Shown here: positions 36,058 through 46,310 of the stretch, piece by piece
Layout of the letters: each line of letters begins with the position of its first letter
Numbering within the stretch: the stretch's first letter is position 1
Assembly (NCBI GenBank): GCA_039798785.1
Contig: JBDKFG010000003.1
Coordinates: 1 to 64,000, forward strand
Length of the DNA stretch: 64,000 nucleotides
DNA from: Verrucomicrobiota bacterium
GTDB taxonomy: Bacteria > Verrucomicrobiota > Lentisphaeria > Lentisphaerales > Lentisphaeraceae
Direction of reading: 5' to 3'
Position numbers and translations under genes: made by a program
Notes under the pieces: model-generated
Seen by the model: only the letters and a program-made list of their open reading frames with translations
What the model was told of the DNA's origin: nothing
Database searches by the model: none

Positions 36058-37655
36058 GGAAACCCTCCCTGGGGCTGACTCGGAACCGAGACCTGGATCG
36101 CCTTGGTCGTCACTCTTCTGATGTCATTGAAGAGGACGAAAATCATCAAGGCCAGGACAAGAAGGATGAAGACATTGTAAATCGGGATGAGAAGCCGCGG
36201 TGAAACTTGACGCCGGCCGATGATCTCCAGTGCGGCAATCACTATGTGGCCGCCGTCCAGCACCGGAAAGGGCAGGAGATTGAAGAGGCCGAGTGCGATG
36301 TTGATCATCAGCAGCATCGTCAAGCCCCCTGCCAGCCCGGATTGCAGGAAGCTGTTGTAAATGCCGTTGGCCATGCCGACGACACCGGTCAGATGTTCGA
36401 CTCCGATCCCCGATTTCGGCTGGAAGAGCGCCGACAATGATTTCCACGAAGTGGTGCAGACCTCGATCAGCTGGGCGAGCGGCGCCTGGTGCACGACCTC
36501 GCTCGGCAACCCCACTCCGAGCAATGAGAACTTCGATGGGACCTGGACTCTCATCAGCATTTCGCGGCCGTTGCGCTTGATCGTGACCGGCAGTTCAGCC
36601 AAGGTGTTGGCCTTGATTTTGTCCGCCAGGACTTGGACATCGCCAATGGCGACGTCTCCGACGGCTATGATCTCGTCCCCTGGCTGCATCCCTGCCTTGA
36701 AGGCCGGCGAGCGATTGTCTACCATCGCGACACGCGGAAATTTTATAAAGGTCAGGCCGACCTCATGGTTGAGCTGGATCTTCTGGAGAAACTCTCGCTG
36801 ATACACGTCATCGCCCCGCTTGAAGAGAACCTGAACCGGCAAGTCCGGTTCCTGAGCACAGAGGTTCAAGTTGGCGGAGATATCGCTCCAATAATTCACC
36901 GGGCGATGATTGATCTCGACGATCCGGTCGCCCGCCTGCAATCCGATCGAGGCCGCCACCGAATCTGGACTCACCATGCCAACAACCGGCGGCAGGATCG
37001 GCATCGTGCCGAAAGAAGGCAGCTTGAGATTTTCCGCGTCGGGATTTTTACGAGGCGCGAAAGGGCCGATGACGATCTTGCGTCCGTCGCGCAGGATCTC
37101 TAGACTGACCTCAGGGTTAAAGACATACTCGTTGAAAAGACTTTGACCATCGCGGCATGGACGGCCATTGCAGGTGACAAGACGATCGCCATTGCGCAAA
37201 CCAGCTGCAGCCTCCGGCGACCCGTGCTCCAGCTTGATCACCTGGAGGCCTTCCGGCTTGACCATCCTTTCCACGCCCAGCTTCCAGATGATGCAGGCGA
37301 TGCCGACGGCCAGGACGAGATTGCCGAGTGGCCCGGCCAGAGCCACAACGATGCGGTCGCCAGGTCGCGCCTGCGGCAGCTCCGCGCCGTCCTCGGTCCG
37401 CGGCTTGCCGTCTTCACCGGGATTCATCTGCGGCAGCAGGACGTAGCCGCCGAATGGCAGCATCCCGACGACATATTCGACCCCGCCGCGGCGGAAGCTC
37501 GCCAGCTTCGGGCCGAAGCCGATGGCGAAACGCTCCACCTTCATGCCGCGCAAAAGCGCCGCCCGCATGTGAAAATATTCGTGGATGATCACGCTCAGGC
37601 CGAGGCCGCAAACGAGAAAAAGGATGGCGCCGATCTGCTGGACGATTTCAGGCAT
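36051..37655 (-). CDS. rseP: RIP metalloprotease with several PDZ domains
   Basis: IHEYFH, FAIGFGP, PFGGYV, AGPLGN, NLLPFPVLDGGH. Confidence 0.92.
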   Translation of the reverse strand: MPEIVQQIGAILFLVCGLGLSVIIHEYFHMRAALLRGMKVERFAIGFGPKLASFRRGGVEYVVGMLPFGGYVLLPQMNPGEDGKPRTEDGAELPQARPGDRIVVALAGPLGNLVLAVGIACIIWKLGVERMVKPEGLQVIKLEHGSPEAAAGLRNGDRLVTCNGRPCRDGQSLFNEYVFNPEVSLEILRDGRKIVIGPFAPRKNPDAENLKLPSFGTMPILPPVVGMVSPDSVAASIGLQAGDRIVEINHRPVNYWSDISANLNLCAQEPDLPVQVLFKRGDDVYQREFLQKIQLNHEVGLTFIKFPRVAMVDNRSPAFKAGMQPGDEIIAVGDVAIGDVQVLADKIKANTLAELPVTIKRNGREMLMRVQVPSKFSLLGVGLPSEVVHQAPLAQLIEVCTTSWKSLSALFQPKSGIGVEHLTGVVGMANGIYNSFLQSGLAGGLTMLLMINIALGLFNLLPFPVLDGGHIVIAALEIIGRRQVSPRLLIPIYNVFILLVLALMIFVLFNDIRRVTTKAIQVSVPSQPQGGFPC

Positions 37656-37707
37656 GAGCTCTCCGGGGATGAGAGGATATAATACGGCCAAACAGGAGCC
37701 AGCCAAG

Positions 37708-38382
37708 ATGAAACTGCAAGACTTCCCGAAAGATCGCGTCCTCCTAGCCCCTTCCCTCCTCGCCGCCGACTTCGCCCGGCTCGGCGAGCAGGTCGCCGCA
37801 GCCGAAGCCGCCGGTGCCGAAATCCTCCACATCGACGTCATGGACGGCCACTTCGTACCCAACATCTCCATGGGCCCCGTCGTCCTCGAGAGCCTCCGTC
37901 CGCGCAGCGGCATGCTCTTCGACGCCCACCTGATGATCACCCATCCTCTACGGTACCTGGAGGCCTTCGCCAAAGCAGGCGCCAACCACATCACCTTCCA
38001 CGTCGAATGCCCCGACGACACCGGAACAGTCATCGAAGCCATTCACGAACTCGGCCTCAGCGCCGGCATCTCCCTCAAGCCAGGCACCCCCTTCAGCGCC
38101 GTCGAGCCCTGGCTCCCGCAAGTCGAGATGCTTCTGGTGATGTCGGTCGAGCCCGGCTTCGGCGGCCAGAAATTCATGCCGGCCCAGCTCGACAAGGTCC
38201 GCGCCGCGAAGGAATGGACGCGGCGCAATGGCAAAGCCTTGCGGATCCAGATCGACGGCGGCATCGGAGCCTCGAACGCCGCCCAGGTGCGCGAGGCCGG
38301 CGCTGATTGCCTGGTCGCCGGCACCGCCTTCTTCCGTCATGTCGAGGGCATGGAAGCCGCCGCCGCGTTGCTCCGCGGCTGA
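37708..38382 (+). CDS. rpe: Ribulose-phosphate 3-epimerase
   Basis: APSLLAADF, HIDVMDGHFVPN, MSVEPGFGGQ, IDGG. Confidence 0.96.
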   Translation: MKLQDFPKDRVLLAPSLLAADFARLGEQVAAAEAAGAEILHIDVMDGHFVPNISMGPVVLESLRPRSGMLFDAHLMITHPLRYLEAFAKAGANHITFHVECPDDTGTVIEAIHELGLSAGISLKPGTPFSAVEPWLPQVEMLLVMSVEPGFGGQKFMPAQLDKVRAAKEWTRRNGKALRIQIDGGIGASNAAQVREAGADCLVAGTAFFRHVEGMEAAAALLRG

Positions 38383-38441
38383 GCCTCCCTGGGAACGCAC
38401 CAGCCCCCTGGCGCTTTCCTTTTTTCCTGGACGCCCGAAGC

Positions 38442-38804
38442 TTAGGCCAAGCGCCCATGTTCCAGACGGAAATTGAACAGGCAGCGATGCAGATGTTGGG
38501 CGACCTGGTGACGCGGAATCTCCATCACCAGAATGTCCTGATGGAAGAAGAGCTTGTCGCCGATCGCCACCAGGGCGCCGCAGCCCCCCATGGCCTGCAA
38601 ATGCCGGGCATGGGTGCGTAAATCACGCCCGCGACACTGGGCATCGAAGATCACCAAGTCCCGCCTCCAGGAAGGCACGAGACTGATCTCGCGATGCGGC
38701 CGGATCTCGATCCTCGTCCCGTCAGGACAAAGATCGAAAGCCTGATCCAACACTTCGTCGAGCATCGGACCTGCGGCATCGATCAATAAGCTCGGAGCGC
38801 CCAC
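38442..38804 (-). CDS. Hypothetical protein, possibly a degenerate receiver-like fold
   Basis: ORF 3 bp after the YjfB-like gene; DLVIFDA motif. Confidence 0.5.
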   Translation of the reverse strand: MGAPSLLIDAAGPMLDEVLDQAFDLCPDGTRIEIRPHREISLVPSWRRDLVIFDAQCRGRDLRTHARHLQAMGGCGALVAIGDKLFFHQDILVMEIPRHQVAQHLHRCLFNFRLEHGRLA

Positions 38805-38807
38805 GGT

Positions 38808-38987
38808 TCAGGCCTCGATGCGCACCTGTTCTCCTTGCGGACGCGAAACGTCCACGCCGCTGATCCCCTCCAGCAGGGTGGCGACCTGCTCCTTCTCGAA
38901 ATCCATCCCCTTGCGGAGAAGGGTGACGCCGACGGCGCTCTGGGTTTGGGCGGTGCCTAGGGCTGTGCTGCTGGCTGCGATATCCAT
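38808..38987 (-). CDS. YjfB-family (putative motility) small protein
   Basis: MDIAASSTAL...AVGVTLLRKGMD...LL; GGAGG RBS. Confidence 0.75.
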   Translation of the reverse strand: MDIAASSTALGTAQTQSAVGVTLLRKGMDFEKEQVATLLEGISGVDVSRPQGEQVRIEA

Positions 38988-39142
38988 GATTCGTTCCTCC
39001 ACTTAGCCACCATCTTTCGGCAATGCACGACGGAAGTTTAGCAATTCTGAGCCAGATCCAAATGGTCCAAATGGCTCCCCCCCTTTTCAGTCTTTAGGGC
39101 AAGGTGTACCTTGCTTCGAGCTCCAACAACTCCGGATTCCCG

Positions 39143-40201
39143 ATGACAAAACCCCGACAGCGCCTAATCGTCACCGGCGGCGCCGGCTTCATCGGCTCGC
39201 ACCTCGTCCGGCGCCTCCTTGCCGGCGGCGCCGAAGTGCTCAATCTCGACAAGCTCAGCTACGCCGGACATCTCAGCACCATCGCCGACCTGGCCGGACA
39301 GCCTCGCCACCACTTCCTCCAGCTCGATCTCGCCACCGCCCCGGAACTGAGCCAGGTCGTCGGCGACTTCCGTCCCGATGCCATCCTCCACCTCGCCGCC
39401 GAAACTCACGTCGACCGCTCGCTCGAAGACTCCTCAACCTTCGTCCAAAGCAACATCGTCGGCACTTCCCGCCTTCTCGATGCAGCCCTGGCGCACTGGC
39501 GCCGCCTGCCAGCGGAACAACGGCCGGATTTCCGCTTCCTCCAGGTCTCCACCGACGAGGTCTTCGGCAGCCTCGGCGAGGCCGGCTGTTTCACCGAGCA
39601 AAGCCCCTACGCGCCACGCTCACCCTACGCCGCATCGAAAGCCGCAGCCGACCATCTTGTCCGAGCAGCCTACTTCAGTCACGGCCTGCCCATTCTCATC
39701 AGCCACAGCAGCAACAACTACGGCCCGTCGCAGTTCCCCGAGAAGCTGATCCCTTTGATCACCCTCAAGGCTCTTCGCGGCGAAACCCTGCCGATTTTCG
39801 GTGACGGCCAACAAGTACGCGACTGGCTTCACGTAGAAGATCACGCCGCCGCCCTCGAAATCCTCCTGGCCCAAGGCCGACCGGGAGAGAGCTATTGCAT
39901 CGGCGCCTCCCAGGAACAAAGAAATCTCGACCTTGTGCGGCAGATCTGCACCGCGCTTGATCACCTCCGCCCCTCCACCCTCCCCTACTCCGCCCTGATC
40001 GAATTCGTTCCGGACCGCCCCGGTCACGACCGCCGCTACGCTCTCGACAGCGGCAAGTTCCGACGTGAAACCGACTGGACGCCCAAAACCGGCTTCAAGA
40101 CCGGCCTTGAGGAGACCTTGCGCTGGTATCTCGAGCACCCCACCTGGTGCGCCGAAATGATGCTCCAATCTCCCCTCAAACGCCGCGGCCTGGAGCCATG
40201 A
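39143..40201 (+). CDS. rfbB: dTDP-glucose 4,6-dehydratase
   Basis: TGGAGFIGS, AAETHVDRS, STDEV, YAASK, DRPGHDRRY. Confidence 0.95.
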   Translation: MTKPRQRLIVTGGAGFIGSHLVRRLLAGGAEVLNLDKLSYAGHLSTIADLAGQPRHHFLQLDLATAPELSQVVGDFRPDAILHLAAETHVDRSLEDSSTFVQSNIVGTSRLLDAALAHWRRLPAEQRPDFRFLQVSTDEVFGSLGEAGCFTEQSPYAPRSPYAASKAAADHLVRAAYFSHGLPILISHSSNNYGPSQFPEKLIPLITLKALRGETLPIFGDGQQVRDWLHVEDHAAALEILLAQGRPGESYCIGASQEQRNLDLVRQICTALDHLRPSTLPYSALIEFVPDRPGHDRRYALDSGKFRRETDWTPKTGFKTGLEETLRWYLEHPTWCAEMMLQSPLKRRGLEP

Positions 40202-40920
40202 GCGTCCCCCGCAAAGGCATCCTGATGGCCGGCGGACGCGGCAGCCGCCTTCTCCCCCTCACCGCCGACTGCAACAAGCATCTCCTGCCGGTCCGCGGTG
40301 AGGCGATGATCCTCCACCCCTTGCGAACCCTCCTCGAGCTTGACATCCGCGACATCGCACTGGTCACCAATCCCGCTGACATCCCCGCTTTCAAAGCGCT
40401 CCTTGGCGACGGCTCGTCGCGCACCTGCTGCATTCACTACCTTCCTCAACCCGAGCCCGCTGGCGTCGCCCAGGGACTGCTCCTGGCGGCGGACTTCCTC
40501 GCCGGAAGCTCCTCAATCCTGATCCTCGGGGACAACTTCTTCAAGGCCTCCTCGCCCGCCCTTTTCCGGGAGGCCTTGGCGTCCGCCGCCGATGAGGCCG
40601 TCCTGTTTTGCCGGGAACTCGCCCGGCCCGGCGATTACGGCGTCCTCCGGCGCAATGCCAGCGGCCAGCCGCAAAGCATCGTCGAGAAGCCTCGGGACGC
40701 CGCATCGGGCCTGGTCATCACCGGTCTCTACGGCTATCCCGCCGACGCCCCGTCTTTCGCCGCCCGGCTGCGCCCGTCGTCTCGCGGAGAACTGGAAATC
40801 AGCGATTTGAATCAGCTTTATCTTGAAGCGGGGCGACTGCATGCCTTCGACTTGCCCGAGGATTGCGTCTGGCTCGACCTCGGCACCCACACAGGCCTGG
40901 AGCAGGCGAAGGCCCTCTAA
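40198..40920 (+). CDS. rfbA: Glucose-1-phosphate thymidylyltransferase, short form
   Basis: GGRGSRLLPLT, KHLLPV, LGDN, EKP, SRGELEISD, WLDLGT. Confidence 0.85.
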   Translation: MSVPRKGILMAGGRGSRLLPLTADCNKHLLPVRGEAMILHPLRTLLELDIRDIALVTNPADIPAFKALLGDGSSRTCCIHYLPQPEPAGVAQGLLLAADFLAGSSSILILGDNFFKASSPALFREALASAADEAVLFCRELARPGDYGVLRRNASGQPQSIVEKPRDAASGLVITGLYGYPADAPSFAARLRPSSRGELEISDLNQLYLEAGRLHAFDLPEDCVWLDLGTHTGLEQAKAL

Positions 40921-40993
40921 GTTCCTTCCTTTCTCCTTGATCGCAGCTATCTTCCTTCTTGACCCAACAACACCGCCCGACCAGGTTCGCCGC

Positions 40994-42673
40994 ATGACCA
41001 AGCAACGCCTCGAAACCGCCACCGACCTCTTCCGATCCGTCCGGGAGATGAACGGCTATCTCATCGACAAGTCCCTCCTGATCAAAGCCTTCCTCGAAGG
41101 CCGTCAAGTCGCTCTGATGCCGCGCCCGCGGCGCTTCGGCAAGACCACCAATCTGAGCATGATGGCGGAGTTCTTTGACCGCAAGAAGAAAGACCAGGAC
41201 CAGCTCTTCGCCGGGATGAAGATCCTTGCCGAGGGGCCCGATGTCCTCAAGCACAAGGGTGCCCACCCGGTCATCTTCATGACCCTGAAGGATTGGAAGT
41301 TCGGCAATATCTCCGATCTTCGTCTCGCCGTGATTGAGAAGATGCGCGATCTCTATCTCGAAAACGAGGCGATCCTCCCGCATCTCACGCCAGAGCAGGC
41401 CAGTGATTTCCGCGACATCGTCGGCCGACGCGCCAATCCGGCCCTTCTCAACGAATCGCTCAAGAAGCTCTGCCAATGGCTCGCCGAAATCCACGGCGCC
41501 AAACCCTTCATCTTCATCGACGAGTACGATGCACCCCTAATCCACGCCTGGAGCAAGAAATATTACCCCGAGGCCATCGAGCTGCTCCGTCCCTGGCTCA
41601 GCGCCGCACTGAAAACCAACGACGACCTCGGCAAGGCCGCCCTCACCGGCATCCTCCGCATCGCCAAAGAAAATCTCTTTTCCGGCCTCAACAACATTGA
41701 TGTCTCCAGCGTCATCGATCCCCTGCACTACGGCGAGTTCTTCGGCTTCACCCAAGAAGAAGTCGAGCTGCTTCTCACCGACTTCGGCAAGGCCGATCAC
41801 ATCGACGAAGCCCGCCGCTGGTACAACGGCTACACCTTCGGCAAATCCATCATCTATAACCCCTGGTCGATCTGCCATTTCGCCCGTGATCCCGATTCGG
41901 AATTCAAACCGCACTGGGTCAACACCTCTGACAACCAACTGCTCTTCGATTCGATCGATATCCATCATGCCAAGATCCGCCAAAACCTGCAGGACATCCT
42001 TGAGAGCAAAGCAGTTCGCGTAGCCCTGCGCGAAGACACGGTGTTTGCGGACATCGCAGCCTCGCCCGAATCTCTCTGGAGCTTCCTCGTCCACACCGGC
42101 TATCTCAAAGCGCAGCCGGCCGGAAAGAATTCTGCTGACGACAAGCTCTGGACTCTGTCGCTCCCCAACGAAGAACTTCGTTCGATCTTTCGGGTTTTCG
42201 TGCGACGCGCTTTGTGGAATCCCAGCTACAACGGCCTGGTCGATGTCCTCGATGCCCTCCTCGCCGATGACCCGGTCAAGCTCGAAAATGAGCTCAACGA
42301 GATGTTTGCTCAGATCCTCAGCGTCCACGATGTCGCCAAGTTCCCCGAAGCCTTCATCCACGGCTTTTTCCTCGCCCTCGCCGCCACCCTCGGCAACCGC
42401 TATGTCATCGAATCCAATCGCGAAACCGGCAGCGGCCGCGCCGACCTGATCATGATCCCCAAGGAGCCCGGCCTCGGACTCCCCAAGGTCTTTGAGTTCA
42501 AGGCGATCAAGCCCCGCGCCAATCCCGCCCCGGCGATCGACGAAGCGCTGTCCCAGATCCGGAGCAAGGACTACGCCTCCCGCTGCCGCGCCGCCGGCTT
42601 CGACTCCTTCCACGCCGTCGCCCTGGTCCAGCAAGGCAAGAAGCTGCATATCCGCCAGGAAAGCCGCGGATGA
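40994..42673 (+). CDS. AAA-ATPase-like protein with a C-terminal PD-(D/E)XK nuclease domain
   Basis: IDKS, RPRRFGKT, IDEYDAP, WYNGY, YNPWS, SNRETGSGRADL...EFK. Confidence 0.9.
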   Translation: MTKQRLETATDLFRSVREMNGYLIDKSLLIKAFLEGRQVALMPRPRRFGKTTNLSMMAEFFDRKKKDQDQLFAGMKILAEGPDVLKHKGAHPVIFMTLKDWKFGNISDLRLAVIEKMRDLYLENEAILPHLTPEQASDFRDIVGRRANPALLNESLKKLCQWLAEIHGAKPFIFIDEYDAPLIHAWSKKYYPEAIELLRPWLSAALKTNDDLGKAALTGILRIAKENLFSGLNNIDVSSVIDPLHYGEFFGFTQEEVELLLTDFGKADHIDEARRWYNGYTFGKSIIYNPWSICHFARDPDSEFKPHWVNTSDNQLLFDSIDIHHAKIRQNLQDILESKAVRVALREDTVFADIAASPESLWSFLVHTGYLKAQPAGKNSADDKLWTLSLPNEELRSIFRVFVRRALWNPSYNGLVDVLDALLADDPVKLENELNEMFAQILSVHDVAKFPEAFIHGFFLALAATLGNRYVIESNRETGSGRADLIMIPKEPGLGLPKVFEFKAIKPRANPAPAIDEALSQIRSKDYASRCRAAGFDSFHAVALVQQGKKLHIRQESRG

Positions 42674-43713
42674 ACATCGCCTTCCGTTGCGATGCCGGCT
42701 GGGGAATCGGCAACGGCCAGATACTGCGCTCCCTCGCCCTTGCCAATGCCCTCAAAGCCCGAGGCGGCACGTGCCTCTTCCTCTGTCATGACGCTCCCGA
42801 CTTCATTGCCGGACAGATCATCGCCGCCGGCCACCGCATCGAAACCCTGCTCAGCCAAAACCCGATGGTGAACCTCGATCGCGATTCCCTTGAACAGGAA
42901 GACGCCGCCGCCTGCCTCAAGGCCCTGCCGGGAGGCGTCGACTGGCTGGTCGTCGCCCATGTCGCACTCGGTTCGGTCTGGGAAAGTGCGATGCGCCCTG
43001 CAGCCCGCCGTATCCTCGCTGTCGACACCCTGGCCCGCCAGCATGACTGCGACATCGTCTTCGATCAGACCCACGGACGAGATCGAGCAGCCTACGAGCC
43101 CTTCGCGCCAAAGAACTGTGAAATCTTTTGCGGCGCCCGCGACGCCTGGATGCTTCCCGAATTCGCCGCGGCCCGCGAACTTAGCCTGCCGCGACGCCGC
43201 GATCCCCATCCTTTGCGCCGCGTTCTGATCAGCTTCGGCCACGGCGAATTCTCCGGCGTCCTGACCGCCGCGATCTACTGTCTCGACAAGCTTCCCGGCA
43301 TCGAAGTCCGGGCCATTCGCGGCGGCAGTCGCCATCTTCCCGATCTTGACCTGGTCGACTATCCCATTCAGCTCCTCGACCGGGTCGACAACATGGCGGA
43401 GCATCTGGCCTGGGCCGACCTGGCCATCGGCGCCGGCAACTCCATGGTTTGGGAGCGCGCCTGCCTCGGTGTGCCCTCGATCAACGTCCCCCTCAACGGC
43501 CATCAAGATCTCAACGCTTCGAACGCCACCCTCGCCGGTTGAGCCTGGTCGATGGGCCGCGACGACCTGATGAAAAAAGCCCACGACCTCTTGCTTCCTC
43601 TGTGCACAGAGAACGCCACCTTGAGCCGCATGTCGGTCGCCGCCGCGAGCGTGGTCGACGGGCTCGGGACGGAGAGATGGGCGGAAAGAATGATGAAAGA
43701 GTGCGGGGGATAG
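42670..43713 (+). pseudogene. pseG: Degenerate PseG paralog with an in-frame TGA at 43540-43542
   Basis: Homology to 54531-56009 continues in frame past the TGA to TAG 43711-43713; GH motif replaced by GQ. Confidence 0.75.
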
Positions 43714-43783
43714 CCGCCTTCTTCCGCGCCAGAGACTGAAGTCATGCTAAGCTTGACCCAATTCCGGATCACCGCCTCAGAAC

Positions 43784-45535
43784 ATGTCTGCCATTCTCCA
43801 CCTCCTCCGCTCGCTGCGCCTCTTCCTGGGCTGCCTCCCCTTGGTCCACCGTCGCCGCTTCCGGCTCCTGCTTTGCCTCATGAGCACCTCCGCGATGATG
43901 GAAATGCTCAGCCTCGCCGGGCTCTTCCCCTTCCTCAGCCTTGCTTTGCAACCCGGAAACTTCTTCGACAGCACCTGGGGCCAGACCTGCACCGCAATCT
44001 TCGGCACCGAGGAATCCTCACAACTTCTCTTGCGCCTCGGTCTTTCTTACCTGGTCTGGATCATTCTGACCCTCTGCGTCGGCTTGTTCGTGACCTTTCG
44101 CCGCGCCGCTTTCATCCGGGATCTAAAAACCTATTGCTCCACCGAGCTCTTCCGCCGCTATCTCCACCAAAACTACCTCTGGCACGCTTCCTCCAACTCC
44201 GCCAATCATGCCGCAACCATCTTCGATGCGGTTGGACGCGGCGCCGAAACCGCGATGAGCTCGCTGCTTCTAGTCATCGCCAACAGCGCCTTGGCGATGA
44301 TGCTGATCTTCGGCCTGCTCCTGATCAAACCCCTGATCCTGCTGGGAAGCCTCGCCACCTTGGTCCTCATCTTCCTCTCGCTTTGGGGATTGCGTCGGCG
44401 CTTCCTTCTCTCCGACGGCCAGCGCTGCGCCACACTCTGGAGCCACAAGGCCAAGCTTTTCAACGAGGCCTTCGGCGGCGTCAAGGAGATCAAGGTTTAC
44501 AACCTGGAAAGTGTCTTCTCGAAACAGCTTGAACCGATTCAGCTAGAGCTTTCCCGTCTCGAAAGCAAAGCTCCGGTCAGCGGCTACCTGCCGCGCCAGC
44601 TCATCGAAGCCTTCATCATGATGATCGCCGTCGGTGGTGTCCTCATCCTCTGCCAGCAAGGGCAGGACAGCCTTAACACCCACCTCCCCTTGATCGCCCT
44701 TACCGCCTTCGTCTTCCTTCGCATCTTCCCGCCGCTCAACCTGATCTTCATCAACTGGCAAAATCTCGCCGAAAACGCCCCCCTCTGGGATCGCTTGCGC
44801 GAAGGACTTTCCCTGCCACTCGCCGAGGCCGATCCGCTTCCCAAAATCCAGGTCTCCCAAGGCATTGCCATCCAACAAGTCTCCTTCACCTATCCCGGCA
44901 GCCCCCACCCGGTTTTGAGCGAGATCAATCTCGACATCTCCTGCGGCAGCCGCATCGGCCTTGTCGGAGAAACCGGCTCCGGCAAATCCACCTTGGTCAA
45001 CCTCATCCTCGGCCTCCTCCAGCCCAGCTCCGGCCGCATCCTGATCGATGGCCAGGAACTTGATCCGTCCAGCCGTTCCGCCTGGACCCACTCCATCGGC
45101 TATGTCCCCCAGGAAATGCACCTCCTCGACGCCCCGATCTGGGAGAACATCGCCTTCGGACAAAGCCCCGGGGAGGTCAACAAGGAGCGGGTCAAAGAAG
45201 CCGCCAGGGCCGCCGAAATCTCGGGATTCATCGACACGCTCCCCAACGGCTACGACACCCAAGTCGGCGAACGCGGCATCCGCCTTTCCGGTGGCCAGCG
45301 TCAACGCCTCGCCATCGCCCGCGCCCTCTACCGCCAGCCCAGTCTGCTGGTCCTCGATGAAGCCACTTCAGCCCTTGACTCCGCCACAGAAGAGGCGATC
45401 CTCGCCTCCGTTGCCCGCCTGCCCCAATCCCTAACGATTATCATGATCGCTCACCGCACTTCGACCTTGAAAAACTGTCAAAAACTTTATAGACTCGAGA
45501 CAGGAAAACTCAGCCCTTGGAAACTCCCCACATGA
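43784..45535 (+). CDS. ABC exporter/flippase (PglK-like; TMD plus NBD)
   Basis: TM N-terminal half; [33 protein letters not shown]. Confidence 0.88.
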   Translation: MSAILHLLRSLRLFLGCLPLVHRRRFRLLLCLMSTSAMMEMLSLAGLFPFLSLALQPGNFFDSTWGQTCTAIFGTEESSQLLLRLGLSYLVWIILTLCVGLFVTFRRAAFIRDLKTYCSTELFRRYLHQNYLWHASSNSANHAATIFDAVGRGAETAMSSLLLVIANSALAMMLIFGLLLIKPLILLGSLATLVLIFLSLWGLRRRFLLSDGQRCATLWSHKAKLFNEAFGGVKEIKVYNLESVFSKQLEPIQLELSRLESKAPVSGYLPRQLIEAFIMMIAVGGVLILCQQGQDSLNTHLPLIALTAFVFLRIFPPLNLIFINWQNLAENAPLWDRLREGLSLPLAEADPLPKIQVSQGIAIQQVSFTYPGSPHPVLSEINLDISCGSRIGLVGETGSGKSTLVNLILGLLQPSSGRILIDGQELDPSSRSAWTHSIGYVPQEMHLLDAPIWENIAFGQSPGEVNKERVKEAARAAEISGFIDTLPNGYDTQVGERGIRLSGGQRQRLAIARALYRQPSLLVLDEATSALDSATEEAILASVARLPQSLTIIMIAHRTSTLKNCQKLYRLETGKLSPWKLPT

Positions 45536-46308
45536 AAGCCGTCATCCTCGCCGGCGGTCTCGGCTCGCGGATCAGCGAAGAGTCCGTCCTCAAACCCAAG
45601 CCGATGATCGAAATCGGCGGCAAGCCCATCCTGTGGCACATCCTCAAGATCTACTCCCAGCACGGCATCAACGACTTCATCATCTGCTGCGGCTACAAGG
45701 GTTACGTCATCAAGGAATATTTCGCCAACTATTTCCTCCACATGTCCGACGTCACCTTCGACATGAAAGACAACCGCATGGAAGTTCATCAGCGTCACGC
45801 CGAACCCTGGCGCGTCACCCTGGTCGACACCGGCGAACACACCATGACCGGCGGACGATTACGTCGAGTGCGCGAGTACCTGAAGGATGAAGAGGCGTTC
45901 TGCTTCACCTACGGCGACGGCGTAGCGGATGTTGATATCGGCGCCAGCATCGACTTCCATCGCTCCCACGGAAAACTGGCGACGGTCACCGCCGTCCAAC
46001 CCCCAGGCCGGTACGGCTCACTCAATCTTAACGGCAGCCAAGTGCAATCCTTCCAAGAAAAGCCTCAGGGCGATGGAGCTTGGATCAATGGCGGCTTCTT
46101 CGTGCTGTCGCCGAAAGTGATCGACTCAATTGAAGCTGATTCTTCTAGTTTTGAGGGCAAGACCTTGGAATTCTTGGCCTCAAACGGGGATCTCCAAGCC
46201 TATTTTCATCGCGGCTTCTGGCAGCCGATGGATACACTGCGAGACAAGAACCTGCTGGAATCCCTTTGGCAAAGCGGCGCCGCGCCGTGGAAGATCTGGA
46301 AGGATTGA
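45532..46308 (+). CDS. rfbF: Glucose-1-phosphate cytidylyltransferase
   Basis: [37 protein letters not shown]. Confidence 0.95.
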   Translation: MKAVILAGGLGSRISEESVLKPKPMIEIGGKPILWHILKIYSQHGINDFIICCGYKGYVIKEYFANYFLHMSDVTFDMKDNRMEVHQRHAEPWRVTLVDTGEHTMTGGRLRRVREYLKDEEAFCFTYGDGVADVDIGASIDFHRSHGKLATVTAVQPPGRYGSLNLNGSQVQSFQEKPQGDGAWINGGFFVLSPKVIDSIEADSSSFEGKTLEFLASNGDLQAYFHRGFWQPMDTLRDKNLLESLWQSGAAPWKIWKD

Positions 46309-46310
46309 AC

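Noticed and set aside
38808..38987. YjfB-like gene as evidence that the Pse locus glycosylates flagellin
   Set aside because: No flagellin, maf or flagellar genes in the window
43540..43542. Selenocysteine or alternative genetic code
   Set aside because: TGA aligns with Leu rather than Cys, Trp or Gly, and TGA is the normal stop for many genes here
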